The notes under the pieces are model-generated. The model did not search any database. It was given only the letters and a program-made list of their open reading frames with translations, and was not told where the DNA came from. From a virus, in the IMG/VR virus record IMGVR_UViG_3300020438_000012, positions 38,474-102,473 of that record: a stretch of DNA of 64,000 nucleotides. One strand, given 5' to 3'. A program made the position numbers and the translations under genes. Shown piece by piece: positions 48,124-57,725 of this stretch. The first letter of the stretch is position 1. Each line of letters opens with the position of its first letter.

Positions 48124-48964
48124 ACAAAAAATAGTAATCGTTTTTTCTGCTGTCCTTTTGCTTGTACTCGGAGCTTGGTTCGGATCATACGTAACTACAT
48201 TCATAAAAGATCGAGAGATTGAAGAAATACTCGGAATCAATGAAACGCTGCATAAAAAAATAGCTTTAACGAAAACCAGAACAACTAGCCTTTCAAAGTC
48301 ATTGAAAAACCTGACAGATGAAAACACGCAACTAGTTGACCTTGTTACCGAACTTAGGGATAGGCCGGCAAAAATTCAGTATGTTACAAGGGTAGAAACG
48401 GTAGTTGTTCCTGTAGAAACCGAAAAGGCATTTTCAGAGCCCCCTAAAGAATACTTGTTTGAGTTAAAGCCAAACCTTTCTGTTGCCAGGTTTTCCTACG
48501 ACAAGGAACTCCAAGAGCCATACAGGTTTGAAACATACTCTCTAAGTTTTAGAAACAGTATTGTGGTTTCCAAAAAGAGTGCCACTGCTCTACTTCAGAT
48601 TTCGTCTAGCGGCAATCCAGGTCAGTTTATCGACATTCCTATCGATGAATTGTCAGTTGATTTTGTAGAAGAGCAGAAACTCTTTGAACCCAACATTGGT
48701 GTTGGAATGACAGTTGCTGCAAGTCCCTCTCCTGATTTACTAGGCTCTGTTTTCATTTCTTTTATTCATCCCACAAAAAATATCGACGTCGCAGGCTTAA
48801 GAATTGCAGCAAACGGATCGACTGCTCATTTCTCTTTTGACGCCGTGGGATATAACATCGGTCATCACATTCCTATTTTCACCGATTTATGGGTTCATGC
48901 GGGAGTCGGGGTCGATATTTATGCACATCCACATGGTCACGTTTCGCTAGGCACGAAATTTTAG
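48107..48964 (+). CDS. Membrane-anchored coiled-coil protein with beta-rich C-terminus
   Basis: N-terminal TM, coiled coil, amphipathic strands ending in Phe. Confidence 0.6.
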   Translation: MKIGTKQKIVIVFSAVLLLVLGAWFGSYVTTFIKDREIEEILGINETLHKKIALTKTRTTSLSKSLKNLTDENTQLVDLVTELRDRPAKIQYVTRVETVVVPVETEKAFSEPPKEYLFELKPNLSVARFSYDKELQEPYRFETYSLSFRNSIVVSKKSATALLQISSSGNPGQFIDIPIDELSVDFVEEQKLFEPNIGVGMTVAASPSPDLLGSVFISFIHPTKNIDVAGLRIAANGSTAHFSFDAVGYNIGHHIPIFTDLWVHAGVGVDIYAHPHGHVSLGTKF

Positions 48965-48992
48965 CGAAGATTATTTATCTTTAGAGGTCAAA

Positions 48993-50273
48993 ATGTCAAA
49001 GAAAAACTTAGATCGCCTTGTTGAATCAGTGATTTTTGAAAATTACTTGAATGAAGACATGGGCAGTCGAGCTGTAGCACCGGGAACTTTACATGCAGAC
49101 CCAGTGCTTGGTAGCACTGGTTATGGTAAGCTTGTTGCTAAAAAGAATCCCGACACAACAGTCGGAGAAGATTTACCATTAGCCCCGTCTTCAGTGATGA
49201 GTGCACAGTTAACGGATGAACTACCGCCTGTTGACGACCCAAATTACAAGCCAAAGACGGCATCTGATTTTGGCTTGGCAATGCACGCAATAGTAAATGA
49301 TTTGCCGGAGGATCAAATGGAAAAACTTTACAGATCAATTCGAAGAGCTGCTGAAAAAATGCTTGGTAGAATTAACGAGCAGGCCGGCGACGACTATTAC
49401 ATGGGTCTTACCGACGAAGATTTGTTTGACGGAATTACCGACGAGGAAAAGAAAGAGCTTCAGGCACTTGCGGATAAGCTAAAAGCTGCTGGTGAAAATG
49501 TTCCGGCAAGCTGGGATACAATCTTAACTTCCGACGATCCTATTAAAAAAATCAAAGGTTCGTATGGTGACAATGCACCAGGAGAAGTCGTCGCACCGGT
49601 TGAGGTAACAAAAGACGGTATGACGCTAGAAGACCTTGCGGATGTTATGGGAATTGGTGTTTCCGGAGCAAGGCAAGCTGTAGAAAAACTAGTTCGAAGA
49701 ACTGGTACACTTGAAAAAATTCTGTCACCACAAGATCTTAAGTCACTAGAAATATTTGCAACAATCCAGTTTATCAAAGGTCTTGCTCCGTTTGTAGAAC
49801 CGGATGACATTGACGAGCTTAAGCTTAATCGAGACATCACTAGGGACTTAGAATCTTATCGATTTTTCTTCGTTAACTCATTTATTCTGCCTGTGTATAA
49901 TAAACTCTATCGAACAGCATCAAAAGATATCGAAGCTCGTTTGATTAACAGTGGTTTTCCAAAGCGTTCTGCTTTAACAATTAAGAACATTATGTTCGGC
50001 GAATCTATGATGACACCTGAGAAGCTAAAGAAGAAAATTCAAAAGGATATTACGGCCGAAGGATTAGAAGTAGACGTTGAAACTTTGGTTGATCGTCTTA
50101 AAGGATTTTACTCTACCCTTAGAAAAATTGCCAGTCTAGACGGTGCTGACGTTACCGGAATGGCAAGAGCTCGATGGGAAAAATTTTCAGACAAGCGAAA
50201 ATCTCAGGAAATTGAGAAAGCGCTAAATGCAACACAGGCGTTCCAAGATGAATTTGAAGGCAAGGATGCTTAG
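48993..50273 (+). CDS. Hypothetical protein (late)
   Basis: Long ORF; TTATTTAT motif upstream; HTH-like MTLEDLADVMGIGVSGARQ segment. Confidence 0.7.
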   Translation: MSKKNLDRLVESVIFENYLNEDMGSRAVAPGTLHADPVLGSTGYGKLVAKKNPDTTVGEDLPLAPSSVMSAQLTDELPPVDDPNYKPKTASDFGLAMHAIVNDLPEDQMEKLYRSIRRAAEKMLGRINEQAGDDYYMGLTDEDLFDGITDEEKKELQALADKLKAAGENVPASWDTILTSDDPIKKIKGSYGDNAPGEVVAPVEVTKDGMTLEDLADVMGIGVSGARQAVEKLVRRTGTLEKILSPQDLKSLEIFATIQFIKGLAPFVEPDDIDELKLNRDITRDLESYRFFFVNSFILPVYNKLYRTASKDIEARLINSGFPKRSALTIKNIMFGESMMTPEKLKKKIQKDITAEGLEVDVETLVDRLKGFYSTLRKIASLDGADVTGMARARWEKFSDKRKSQEIEKALNATQAFQDEFEGKDA

Positions 50274-50646
50274 AGAAATTTTTGATTTGAGCGATGACCC
50301 ACATGTGGAGAAAACACAGTTTGAGTTTTTACCGCCAAGGGAAAGAATCAAATCACCAGGTTCACCTATCGGTGCTTGGACTGGCATGGGCTGGGCCATG
50401 TCGATGTGCAAGACAAAGCTTAGTCGAAGATTTGCGTTTCCAAACAAGCAATCAAGAGACGTTTTTGTTCTTGATATTATGGATCTTGAACGAACAACCG
50501 GTCACAACGTTGATTACCATGTCTGTGACTATGATGTCTCGGTAGTTCTAACAACAAAAGATATTGATGAAGTCACAGACATGGACATGAAGTGCGCTAA
50601 ACACCTGTCAGACTGTGAAGAAGAGATTAGGTCGTCTGCAATTTGA
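50248..50646 (+). CDS. Pterin-4a-carbinolamine dehydratase-like protein (degenerate)
   Basis: W…LSRRFAF…GH…VSVVLTTKDIDEVTDMD..CA pattern; HHP motif not intact. Confidence 0.5.
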   Translation: MNLKARMLREIFDLSDDPHVEKTQFEFLPPRERIKSPGSPIGAWTGMGWAMSMCKTKLSRRFAFPNKQSRDVFVLDIMDLERTTGHNVDYHVCDYDVSVVLTTKDIDEVTDMDMKCAKHLSDCEEEIRSSAI

Positions 50647-50653
50647 TACTTAG
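50646..50653 (+). promoter_or_regulatory. Putative late promoter ATACTTAG
   Basis: Recurrent motif. Confidence 0.5.
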
Positions 50654-50666
50654 GGTAGGGTGAAAG

Positions 50667-50828
50667 ATGAAAAACTTTGAATTTGACAAATTTATGAATG
50701 ACATTGAGAAGCGAGAAAAGCCAATCAGTGAAATCAAAAAGGCTCCAGAAACACCTCAGGAGTATCTTCACCGCCGCTACCGAGAAGACTACCGTCACAG
50801 GATGAAGGTAAAGGTTGACAAAAAATGA
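50667..50828 (+). CDS. Small hypothetical protein (53 aa, not in the ORF track)
   Basis: MKNFEFDKFMNDIEKRE…; fills the gap and overlaps the next gene by ATGA. Confidence 0.6.
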   Translation: MKNFEFDKFMNDIEKREKPISEIKKAPETPQEYLHRRYREDYRHRMKVKVDKK

Positions 50829-51337
50829 ATACTAGAAAAGCAAAGCTGCTTAAGCGACTTATATCTGAGGCAACTGACGAGCGGTCTATACAAAAGAAAT
50901 TTTCAAGAGATCAAAAGCCGTTTAGACTTCGGAGAAAAAAGACAACATCAGAAATGCAAGAGCATGATGATGAAAAAGAAAGCGAAGCAATTGATACGCC
51001 GTCGTACGCAAGAGTCATTGACAAGCTCAACCTCATGCGAAGTGGTAAGTCAGTGAAGGACAAAGAAGTTTCTGCTCAAGTCAAAAAGTACTTTAACTCC
51101 TTAAGTGGCCCAGAACGTACTGCATTGTTTGCTTACCTTGATGCTCTAACGGAAATTATGTCCGGTGGAGAAGACGCATCCAAGGTTGAAGACCCATCCG
51201 AAGACCCCTACTTCCTAACCATTGACCGTAAAGGCGGCGGTGCAAAGAAGCAGCAAAAAAAGCAGAAGCCTTCCGGAAAGAAAAAGTCTCCTGAAGTTGA
51301 TAAAGCCAAGGGTGCGGCGATCGTCGTAGGACAGTAG
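50825..51337 (+). CDS. Hypothetical protein with leader-like N-terminus
   Basis: MNTRKAKLLKRLISE. Confidence 0.7.
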   Translation: MNTRKAKLLKRLISEATDERSIQKKFSRDQKPFRLRRKKTTSEMQEHDDEKESEAIDTPSYARVIDKLNLMRSGKSVKDKEVSAQVKKYFNSLSGPERTALFAYLDALTEIMSGGEDASKVEDPSEDPYFLTIDRKGGGAKKQQKKQKPSGKKKSPEVDKAKGAAIVVGQ

Positions 51338-51338
51338 A

Positions 51339-52298
51339 ATGCAAAAGCCAGACGTAATTGAAGAACTGTTTAAGCTTAGCGACATTAAAGGTGGACTGGA
51401 AAATGCTAGAGATGTCACCAAGGTTGTTGCCGGCAGCTTTTTGCAAATGGTCAGAGAGTTAGCACTGCCATTTAGAATTGCATTTAGTCTAGGCGATGAT
51501 GAAAAGCTGAAGAAAACAATTGACAATTATAAAAAAGCAACTGAAGATTACAATTCCAACACAAGGCGAGACTTGAGAGCACTGGGTGCATTCGAGGTTG
51601 ATCCGGATCAATTGATTTACAATCCTATTGGTTTTTTTCTAACGCTACCAATGAACTCTTATAGGTTCATGATGGATGATCCGGGAGCAGACGATCTTCC
51701 TCCTTTTCTTGAAAAAACCCTGAGAGACATGAGTGGGGATACCAAGGAGCTAAGGAAAGGGTTATCGGCTCTAGAGAAAATATTCTTTGAATCAAAAAAT
51801 TCTGTTGAAATTCTCATCTCTGAACAGAAAGTTCCTAAGGGCCTTACGGCAAAAGCAGTCGATGAGCTTCTTTCATTTTTTGGAATTGACGCTAAAAGCC
51901 AAAGAGACAAACACTTTGATACACTGATTGATATGCTAGAGCAGGGAAAAGCATCGATCGAACAAAGAACAAAGATCATCGAGATGATGAAAAAAGTTGA
52001 TAATGTCGAAACGCTAAAGTCACTTGTCAAAGCACTCAACGCTTCCGGGGCCAAAGTAGATGTTGGAAAAATTGATAAGCTGATCAAAGACTTTCAGGAA
52101 AATAGCCCTGAAAGTGACGATATCAAAGATCTAATGATTAGTTTAGTTAACTCCGGAGTTGCAGAACTTAAGTCAGACATTAAAAAGTTTCTTGACAGGG
52201 CTCCCGAAGAAGAAGATCTAAAGGCATCTGAAGATAGCAGAGCAGGTCAGGCGCTAAACATTATCAATCAAATCAAAAGTTTGGAATCTCGCATTTAA
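51339..52298 (+). CDS. Hypothetical protein
   Basis: Long coupled ORF. Confidence 0.7.
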   Translation: MQKPDVIEELFKLSDIKGGLENARDVTKVVAGSFLQMVRELALPFRIAFSLGDDEKLKKTIDNYKKATEDYNSNTRRDLRALGAFEVDPDQLIYNPIGFFLTLPMNSYRFMMDDPGADDLPPFLEKTLRDMSGDTKELRKGLSALEKIFFESKNSVEILISEQKVPKGLTAKAVDELLSFFGIDAKSQRDKHFDTLIDMLEQGKASIEQRTKIIEMMKKVDNVETLKSLVKALNASGAKVDVGKIDKLIKDFQENSPESDDIKDLMISLVNSGVAELKSDIKKFLDRAPEEEDLKASEDSRAGQALNIINQIKSLESRI

Positions 52299-52346
52299 CC
52301 TTTTTATGTTTTTGCTTTATTATTGAGCAACACTTGAGAGGAAAAG

Positions 52347-52697
52347 ATGAGTAGCAATTGGATTCCAGAGTTTTGTTATGAAGAAGACCAGGAAGGAATA
52401 ACATCAAATATTCCGTTTGTACCGGTTCCCAAAGACGAACAGATGCCTGGTTTTATTTTTGTGTTTGAGTCAAGAGAAACTGGCGAGTTTGAACCAGGGG
52501 CTGAAGGCGAAGAGCTTCCAGTTACCGAGATGATCCTTCACCAATATGCAGATATGCAAACCCTGAAGGAGAGATTAAGTCCGATTGAATTTGACAATGT
52601 CAGATTTGCGCTAGGCCTAGAACCTCTCAGCGTTGCTGCAGCGAAGGGAAAACAAATTACTGCCAACGTTAGAGACGTCGTTTCTCCTCAGCAATAG
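52347..52697 (+). CDS. Hypothetical protein
   Basis: SD GAGG. Confidence 0.7.
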   Translation: MSSNWIPEFCYEEDQEGITSNIPFVPVPKDEQMPGFIFVFESRETGEFEPGAEGEELPVTEMILHQYADMQTLKERLSPIEFDNVRFALGLEPLSVAAAKGKQITANVRDVVSPQQ

Positions 52698-52726
52698 CTG
52701 TAAACTGCACTAATGACTGATATACT
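52698..52726 (+). promoter_or_regulatory. Sigma70-like promoter CTGTAA-17-TATACT
   Basis: 17-nt spacing, followed by a GGAGG SD. Confidence 0.55.
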
Positions 52727-52741
52727 CATACTGGAGGTTTG

Positions 52742-53536
52742 ATGTATATCAGTCGAAACCAAACAGAGAACGCAGTTAAGAACATGCAGCAGTTTTATAG
52801 TTCCCTAAGGAAAGTCTACGCCGACTCTGGCATGAACGTCGAAGAAGATCTTGGGCGAAGGAATATTTTGATGTCAGGTCCTCAGGAATACTATTTTGCA
52901 GAGCAAATTAAAAGTAACTTTCCAAACGCTTACAACAATGGAAAGACAGGGGAGCCTGACATTGTGATTCCTGAGATTTCAAAGAATCTTGAATGTAAGC
53001 TTACGACCCGTCATCGATCAGGCGCATTAAGCTTTCAATCAGATTCAATGACCTTTGAAGGCAATAAGGATGGCGTAGATTTTCTATATGTTGTTGCAGA
53101 CGATTACTTTGAAAAATTTGCCGTCCTTCACTTTGAGGGATTGGTAAGAGATGATTTTCATGTAGAGTCACCTGGTGCCCGTGGAAGAGTTCGCATGAAG
53201 AAGCATGTTGCAATGGATAAGTGCAATGTTCTTATGGGCAACGTAGTTGATCGCCGCAACGAATTTATTTCGCAGTACGAAGTCGAACTCAACTCTGTTT
53301 CTCAAAGTCGCGCAGAAAGAATTGCAAGCCTGAATAGCAGGTTGACTAAGGAAACTCCAGCTAAAGCAAACAAGACGGTTAAGATTATCAATCGCGAGCT
53401 AGTTAGGTTCTCAAAGAAAATGAATAGAATCAACGAAAAGATTTCGTTGTGGAAGTCAAAGAATCCTAGTTACACAGTGGTTCTTGAAAATATTGATGGA
53501 GATAACATATGTCAAAATTCAACTTACGCGGCGTGA
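52742..53536 (+). CDS. PD-(D/E)xK nuclease-like protein
   Basis: GEPDIVI…LECKLT motif. Confidence 0.5.
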   Translation: MYISRNQTENAVKNMQQFYSSLRKVYADSGMNVEEDLGRRNILMSGPQEYYFAEQIKSNFPNAYNNGKTGEPDIVIPEISKNLECKLTTRHRSGALSFQSDSMTFEGNKDGVDFLYVVADDYFEKFAVLHFEGLVRDDFHVESPGARGRVRMKKHVAMDKCNVLMGNVVDRRNEFISQYEVELNSVSQSRAERIASLNSRLTKETPAKANKTVKIINRELVRFSKKMNRINEKISLWKSKNPSYTVVLENIDGDNICQNSTYAA

Positions 53537-53739
53537 TACGCCAAGAAATAGTTCGCTCGCTTGAACAGCGTGGAGATTCTTCCGCAAGGTTTGAAATTTC
53601 TAGACTTCAGAAGTCTAAAAGTCTTTCTGATGCTTTTGGTTTTGCAGGTCCAGGTTTTCAGAGTTCGAACAACCGAGGCTCGACTTCAATCGGTGCAGGT
53701 GGAACGAAAGGTTTTGTAGGTCCAGGATTTAAAAAGTAG
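53509..53739 (+). CDS. Hypothetical protein with leader-like N-terminus
   Basis: MSKFNLRGVIRQEIVRSLE; Gly-rich tail. Confidence 0.55.
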   Translation: MSKFNLRGVIRQEIVRSLEQRGDSSARFEISRLQKSKSLSDAFGFAGPGFQSSNNRGSTSIGAGGTKGFVGPGFKK

Positions 53740-53748
53740 GAGTTACTA

Positions 53749-54102
53749 ATGAATGTAGGCGATGTTGCATATGTTAGAGTTACCGCTAGAGGCGGCAGTG
53801 AACAGCTTATGCCAATTAAGGTTGCGGAAAAGATTGTTCGTGAAACTCTGGAAGGAAAAATTATTTCCTACGTGGTTAGATCTCCGACAGGGGAAGACTA
53901 CGAGCTAGATCCAGAAAGGGAAGAGTACTTTACGGGAATTAAAGCAGCAGAAGATACGATCACTAACGAAGCAATGGTCAAGATTGATAAGATCATCTCT
54001 CAGGCAAAAAGACTTGAACAAAAGTACTTTGGTCGTGATATTATAAAGCATGAACCAATACCTGATGTGAGTGACAATGACCAAGACGATACTGCTGCTT
54101 GA
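53749..54102 (+). CDS. Hypothetical protein
   Basis: SD AGGAG. Confidence 0.65.
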   Translation: MNVGDVAYVRVTARGGSEQLMPIKVAEKIVRETLEGKIISYVVRSPTGEDYELDPEREEYFTGIKAAEDTITNEAMVKIDKIISQAKRLEQKYFGRDIIKHEPIPDVSDNDQDDTAA

Positions 54103-54886
54103 TGGTGCAAACTTAATGCAACGAGCTCGTTTCTCCAGTAGGAGGAACTTGGGAGATAGGGACAATGCAATTGTCTATGCATTCTTCAGGTCTCTTCGAC
54201 CTCTCGTTGAGAAGTTTAGTCCATCAAAGATTGTCCTAGCTCTCGAGGGCCGTCCAGTCAAAAGACTGCAGGCTCACGAAGGCTACAAGGCAACGAGAGT
54301 TTTTGACTCTTCAGACAACTATGGTGAGCAGCGTAAGAAGATTCTAGACTTGTTGAAGAGTATGCCAATCGAGGTTGTACGACACCCTGAACGTGAAGCA
54401 GACGACGTCATTGGTCACTATGCTCTTTCAGGTGATTGGGATCGCAGAGTCGTTATTTCAAGTGACACCGACTTCCTTCAGTTGCTAAATCAAGATTCTC
54501 GTTGCGAATTGTATAATCCGATTGCAAAGAAGTTTCGAGAAACGCCATGCGATGACTATGTTAGCTGGAAAGCTCTCGTCGGAGATAAGTCAGATAACAT
54601 TGAAGGCTTCAGGGGAGTAGGGAACAAGACTGCCTTGAAGCTTTTGAACTCACCCGAGAAGCTTCATCAGTTCCTCTCTGACAAAGATGGTCACGAAAAG
54701 TACGAGCTCAATCGCACCCTCATTCAGTTTGAACACCTGGACGAATCCGATGTGGAAGTTAGTCAAGGAAAAACAAACTGGGATACATTGCGCGATGCTT
54801 TTCGTGACCTAGGGTTTTGGTCGATGGTAAACAACACGGCTTGGACCAATTATACTACAACATTCAAAGGAGTTTTAAATGATTGA
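54077..54886 (+). CDS. Second 5'-3' exonuclease (PolA N-terminal / RNase H family)
   Basis: LLLDGANL, EADDVIG, SSDTDFLQL, GDKSDNIEGFRGVGNKTA. Confidence 0.9.
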   Translation: MTKTILLLDGANLMQRARFSSRRNLGDRDNAIVYAFFRSLRPLVEKFSPSKIVLALEGRPVKRLQAHEGYKATRVFDSSDNYGEQRKKILDLLKSMPIEVVRHPEREADDVIGHYALSGDWDRRVVISSDTDFLQLLNQDSRCELYNPIAKKFRETPCDDYVSWKALVGDKSDNIEGFRGVGNKTALKLLNSPEKLHQFLSDKDGHEKYELNRTLIQFEHLDESDVEVSQGKTNWDTLRDAFRDLGFWSMVNNTAWTNYTTTFKGVLND

Positions 54887-55064
54887 ACAACCTCTAAACG
54901 ACAGTGTCCAGCATGATCTACGTGCAAAGGGCATTCTTTCTGAAAATGAGATTGCGGTTAAAGCCGGAGACCTTCACGTTGCACAAAACGTTGTTACCGG
55001 AGATCGCCGAGTCATTACAGTTATTGAATCTGTTACAGAGACTAAGCAAGTCCTGAGGGGATAA
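54879..55064 (+). CDS. Small hypothetical protein
   Basis: Coupled to groEL; no GroES motifs recognised. Confidence 0.6.
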   Translation: MIEQPLNDSVQHDLRAKGILSENEIAVKAGDLHVAQNVVTGDRRVITVIESVTETKQVLRG

Positions 55065-56662
55065 TGTCTAGACAAGACCGCGTCGTTGAGTTTGACACCT
55101 CTGCACGACGAAAAATGCTTGATGGGATTAATGTCCTTGCTGGTGCCGTAAGGGTAACCATGGGACCTCGTGGTCGCAACGTGGTAATTGAGCAGGACCA
55201 CGGTCCTCCAGTTCTTACAAAGGACGGCGTGACCGTTGCTAAGGCGTTAAACCTAAGAGATCAATATCCAGATCTAGGCGTACAGCTTGTTAAGGAGGCG
55301 GCAGGTAGAACTGCTGAGGTTGCTGGAGATGGTACGACAACAGCAACCGTACTAGCTCAAGCACTTTGTAATGAAGGTATGAGGGCATTAGAAGCTGGGT
55401 ATGACTATGCAGACCTTAAGAGGGGAATGATTTGGGCACATTCCTGGATTAATAACTCTCTTCAGGAAATGTCAACACCAGTAAGCAATAGCGATCAGAT
55501 TTCAAATGTTGCACTTATCAGTGCAAATGGTGAAGAAGATATTTCTAAGATTATCGTTGAAGCGATTGAAGCCGTTGGTCCCGATGGCCCGGTTACTGTT
55601 GAAGAAGCAAGGGGCTTTAAGAGTTCTCTTGAAGTAATTGACGGTACAGAGATCGATCGTGGTTACCTATCTCCCTATTTTGCCGATGATCAACAGCGTA
55701 TGATCTGTACACTGGAAAACCCTAGGGTCTTAATTGTAAACAAGACTATTGAAACACTGCAGGAAATTGTTCCGATTCTAGAAAAGATTCACTCTTCTTC
55801 ATCCCCGCTTTTGATTGTGGCCGATGGCATTGAGGGTGAAGCACTTCAGATGCTTGTCTTGAATAGAATGAAGAACGTTCTAAAGGTTTGTGCAATTGCA
55901 TCGCCAGAGTTCGGGCAAGGCAGGATCAATGCACTTGATGACCTTGCTTTCCTTTTAGGGACTCGGGTTTTTGGTGCAGCAGACATCGATGATTTAAAAG
56001 ACGCGTCTATTGAGGATTTAGGAACCTGTTCCAAGGCTGTGATTCATCGCCGTAGAAGTATCTTTATTGGAACTAACGCTGATAGTGATGATACTGCTGA
56101 AAGGATTTCAGAACTAAAGTCTCAAACAGAAGACCCTAGTATTTCTGATGACCACAAGAACGTGTTGCTTCGTAGGGTAAGGCGTCTGTCTTCCGGAATC
56201 TGTGTTCTGCGTGTCGGCGGAAGCACTCAGATAGAACTTCAGGAAAGAAAGGATCGCGTCGACGACGCTCTTCATGCAACACGGGCAGCAGTTGTTTCTG
56301 GAATTCTTCCGGGTGGTGGATCAGCACTAGCAAAAGCATCCAAAGGTCTAAAGGTTCCTAAGAACAGTTCAGGTAGCTTTAGGGTTGGTGTCGAGGTTGT
56401 TTCTCGTGCATGTACAGCTCCCTTGAGGCAGATTATTGAAAACGCCGGCGGAGTTCCAGACATTGTTATTCAGAAAGTTTTGCGCTCAAGGAATGCAGAA
56501 TATGGATACGATGCAAGGAACGAGCGATATTGCAATATGGTAGAGTCAGGAATCATTGACCCTACACTGGTTGCTACATCTGCTTTAGAGAATGCCGTGT
56601 CTGTTTCTGTAAACTTCCTATCCGTTGGTGCAGCAATGATTTCCGATGAAGGCGAAATCTGA
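55064..56662 (+). CDS. groEL: Chaperonin GroEL
   Basis: [55 protein letters not shown]. Confidence 0.95.
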   Translation: MSRQDRVVEFDTSARRKMLDGINVLAGAVRVTMGPRGRNVVIEQDHGPPVLTKDGVTVAKALNLRDQYPDLGVQLVKEAAGRTAEVAGDGTTTATVLAQALCNEGMRALEAGYDYADLKRGMIWAHSWINNSLQEMSTPVSNSDQISNVALISANGEEDISKIIVEAIEAVGPDGPVTVEEARGFKSSLEVIDGTEIDRGYLSPYFADDQQRMICTLENPRVLIVNKTIETLQEIVPILEKIHSSSSPLLIVADGIEGEALQMLVLNRMKNVLKVCAIASPEFGQGRINALDDLAFLLGTRVFGAADIDDLKDASIEDLGTCSKAVIHRRRSIFIGTNADSDDTAERISELKSQTEDPSISDDHKNVLLRRVRRLSSGICVLRVGGSTQIELQERKDRVDDALHATRAAVVSGILPGGGSALAKASKGLKVPKNSSGSFRVGVEVVSRACTAPLRQIIENAGGVPDIVIQKVLRSRNAEYGYDARNERYCNMVESGIIDPTLVATSALENAVSVSVNFLSVGAAMISDEGEI

Positions 56663-56691
56663 GTGTAAACCCAGGGTTCCTGTGGTATAAT
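56663..56691 (+). promoter_or_regulatory. Sigma70-like promoter GTGTAA-17-TATAAT (extended TG)
   Basis: Perfect -10 box with TG extension, upstream of the sigma operon. Confidence 0.65.
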
Positions 56692-56757
56692 AACAAAGTG
56701 AGCGGATAACTGTTCACTCTTTAAATTATGTGACTACATTAATAAAGTAAGTCGAGG

Positions 56758-56994
56758 TTGAAATTGCGTAACAAGTCTTTGCCACTCGATACATACGAGC
56801 TCGCAGTCATGGATGAAAGCGTCCTTCGAAGCATGCTCGGTAGTGTTCGCCGAGCACTTGGTCGTACAAAGGATCGTAGCATCCGCCAGGGCCTAGAGCT
56901 AAATGCCTGCTATCTCTATCGTGAGATTGAGATTCGTGAGAATCGACGAAAAGCACATCAACAATGGATTTCAAAAAGAAAGGGAGTAGCATGA
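56758..56994 (+). CDS. Hypothetical protein
   Basis: TTG start with GAGG SD. Confidence 0.6.
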   Translation: MKLRNKSLPLDTYELAVMDESVLRSMLGSVRRALGRTKDRSIRQGLELNACYLYREIEIRENRRKAHQQWISKRKGVA

Positions 56995-57725
56995 GTTTAA
57001 CCTCTTATTTCAGTAATGTCGGTAGTCACAAACTGCTGACGAGAGAAGAGGAAGTAGAACTAGCCAAGAGGATTAAGGCTGGCGATAAGTCGGCACGAGA
57101 CCAAATGGTCTCAGCAAATCTTCGGTTGGCGGTTTCTATTGCCAAGAAGTATCAAAATCGTGGTTCTGATTTTGAAGACCTTATTCAAGAGTCGAATATC
57201 GGCTTGATGAAGGCGGTTGATCGGTTTGATCATACGCGGGGTTTTAAGTTTTCAACGTATGCCGTATGGTGGATTCGTCAAGCCGTATTGAAGCATATTG
57301 GAAACCACAAGACAGACGTGAGGATTCCTTCCCACCTTCGACTGATTGCATGGAAAGCAAACCAGTATGAGAAGGAATATGAAGAAGAGTTCGGCATTCT
57401 TCCAACGGCTGATGAACTGGCCGCTGCACTAGACGTTAGTGTAAAGCTACTTCGCCGAGTCCGCGCCATGCATCATGGCTTCGTGTCTCTTGATGCAGAG
57501 GTTGGTTCAGAGGATGGCTCTCGTAAACTTGGCGAGGTTATTCCTGATGAAAACATGATTGATCCAGCAACTGCACTTGACAGTGCAAAGATGCAGTCGA
57601 TTATTCGTAACGCCATGCGTAGTCTATCCCCTAGGGAAGAGGCAGTGTTACGCATGCGTTTTGGAATCGGACCTGATGATAGTGATCGAAAATACTTGGA
57701 GGAGCAGCAAAATGGGAATGCCTAA
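56991..57725 (+). CDS. Sigma70-family factor (regions 1.2-3 and 4.1; lacks the 4.2 HTH)
   Basis: LLTREEEVELA, NLRLAVSIAKKY, DLIQE.NIGLMKAVDRFD..RGFKFSTYAVWWIRQA, LSPREEAVLRMRFG, then stop. Confidence 0.9.
   Translation: MSLTSYFSNVGSHKLLTREEEVELAKRIKAGDKSARDQMVSANLRLAVSIAKKYQNRGSDFEDLIQESNIGLMKAVDRFDHTRGFKFSTYAVWWIRQAVLKHIGNHKTDVRIPSHLRLIAWKANQYEKEYEEEFGILPTADELAAALDVSVKLLRRVRAMHHGFVSLDAEVGSEDGSRKLGEVIPDENMIDPATALDSAKMQSIIRNAMRSLSPREEAVLRMRFGIGPDDSDRKYLEEQQNGNA

Noticed and set aside
791-57655. Numerous minus-strand and nested ORFs in the ORF track (e.g. 7941-8624, 24401-24961, 31966-32457)
   Set aside because: They are shadows of well-supported plus-strand genes, with no motifs or ribosome-binding sites.
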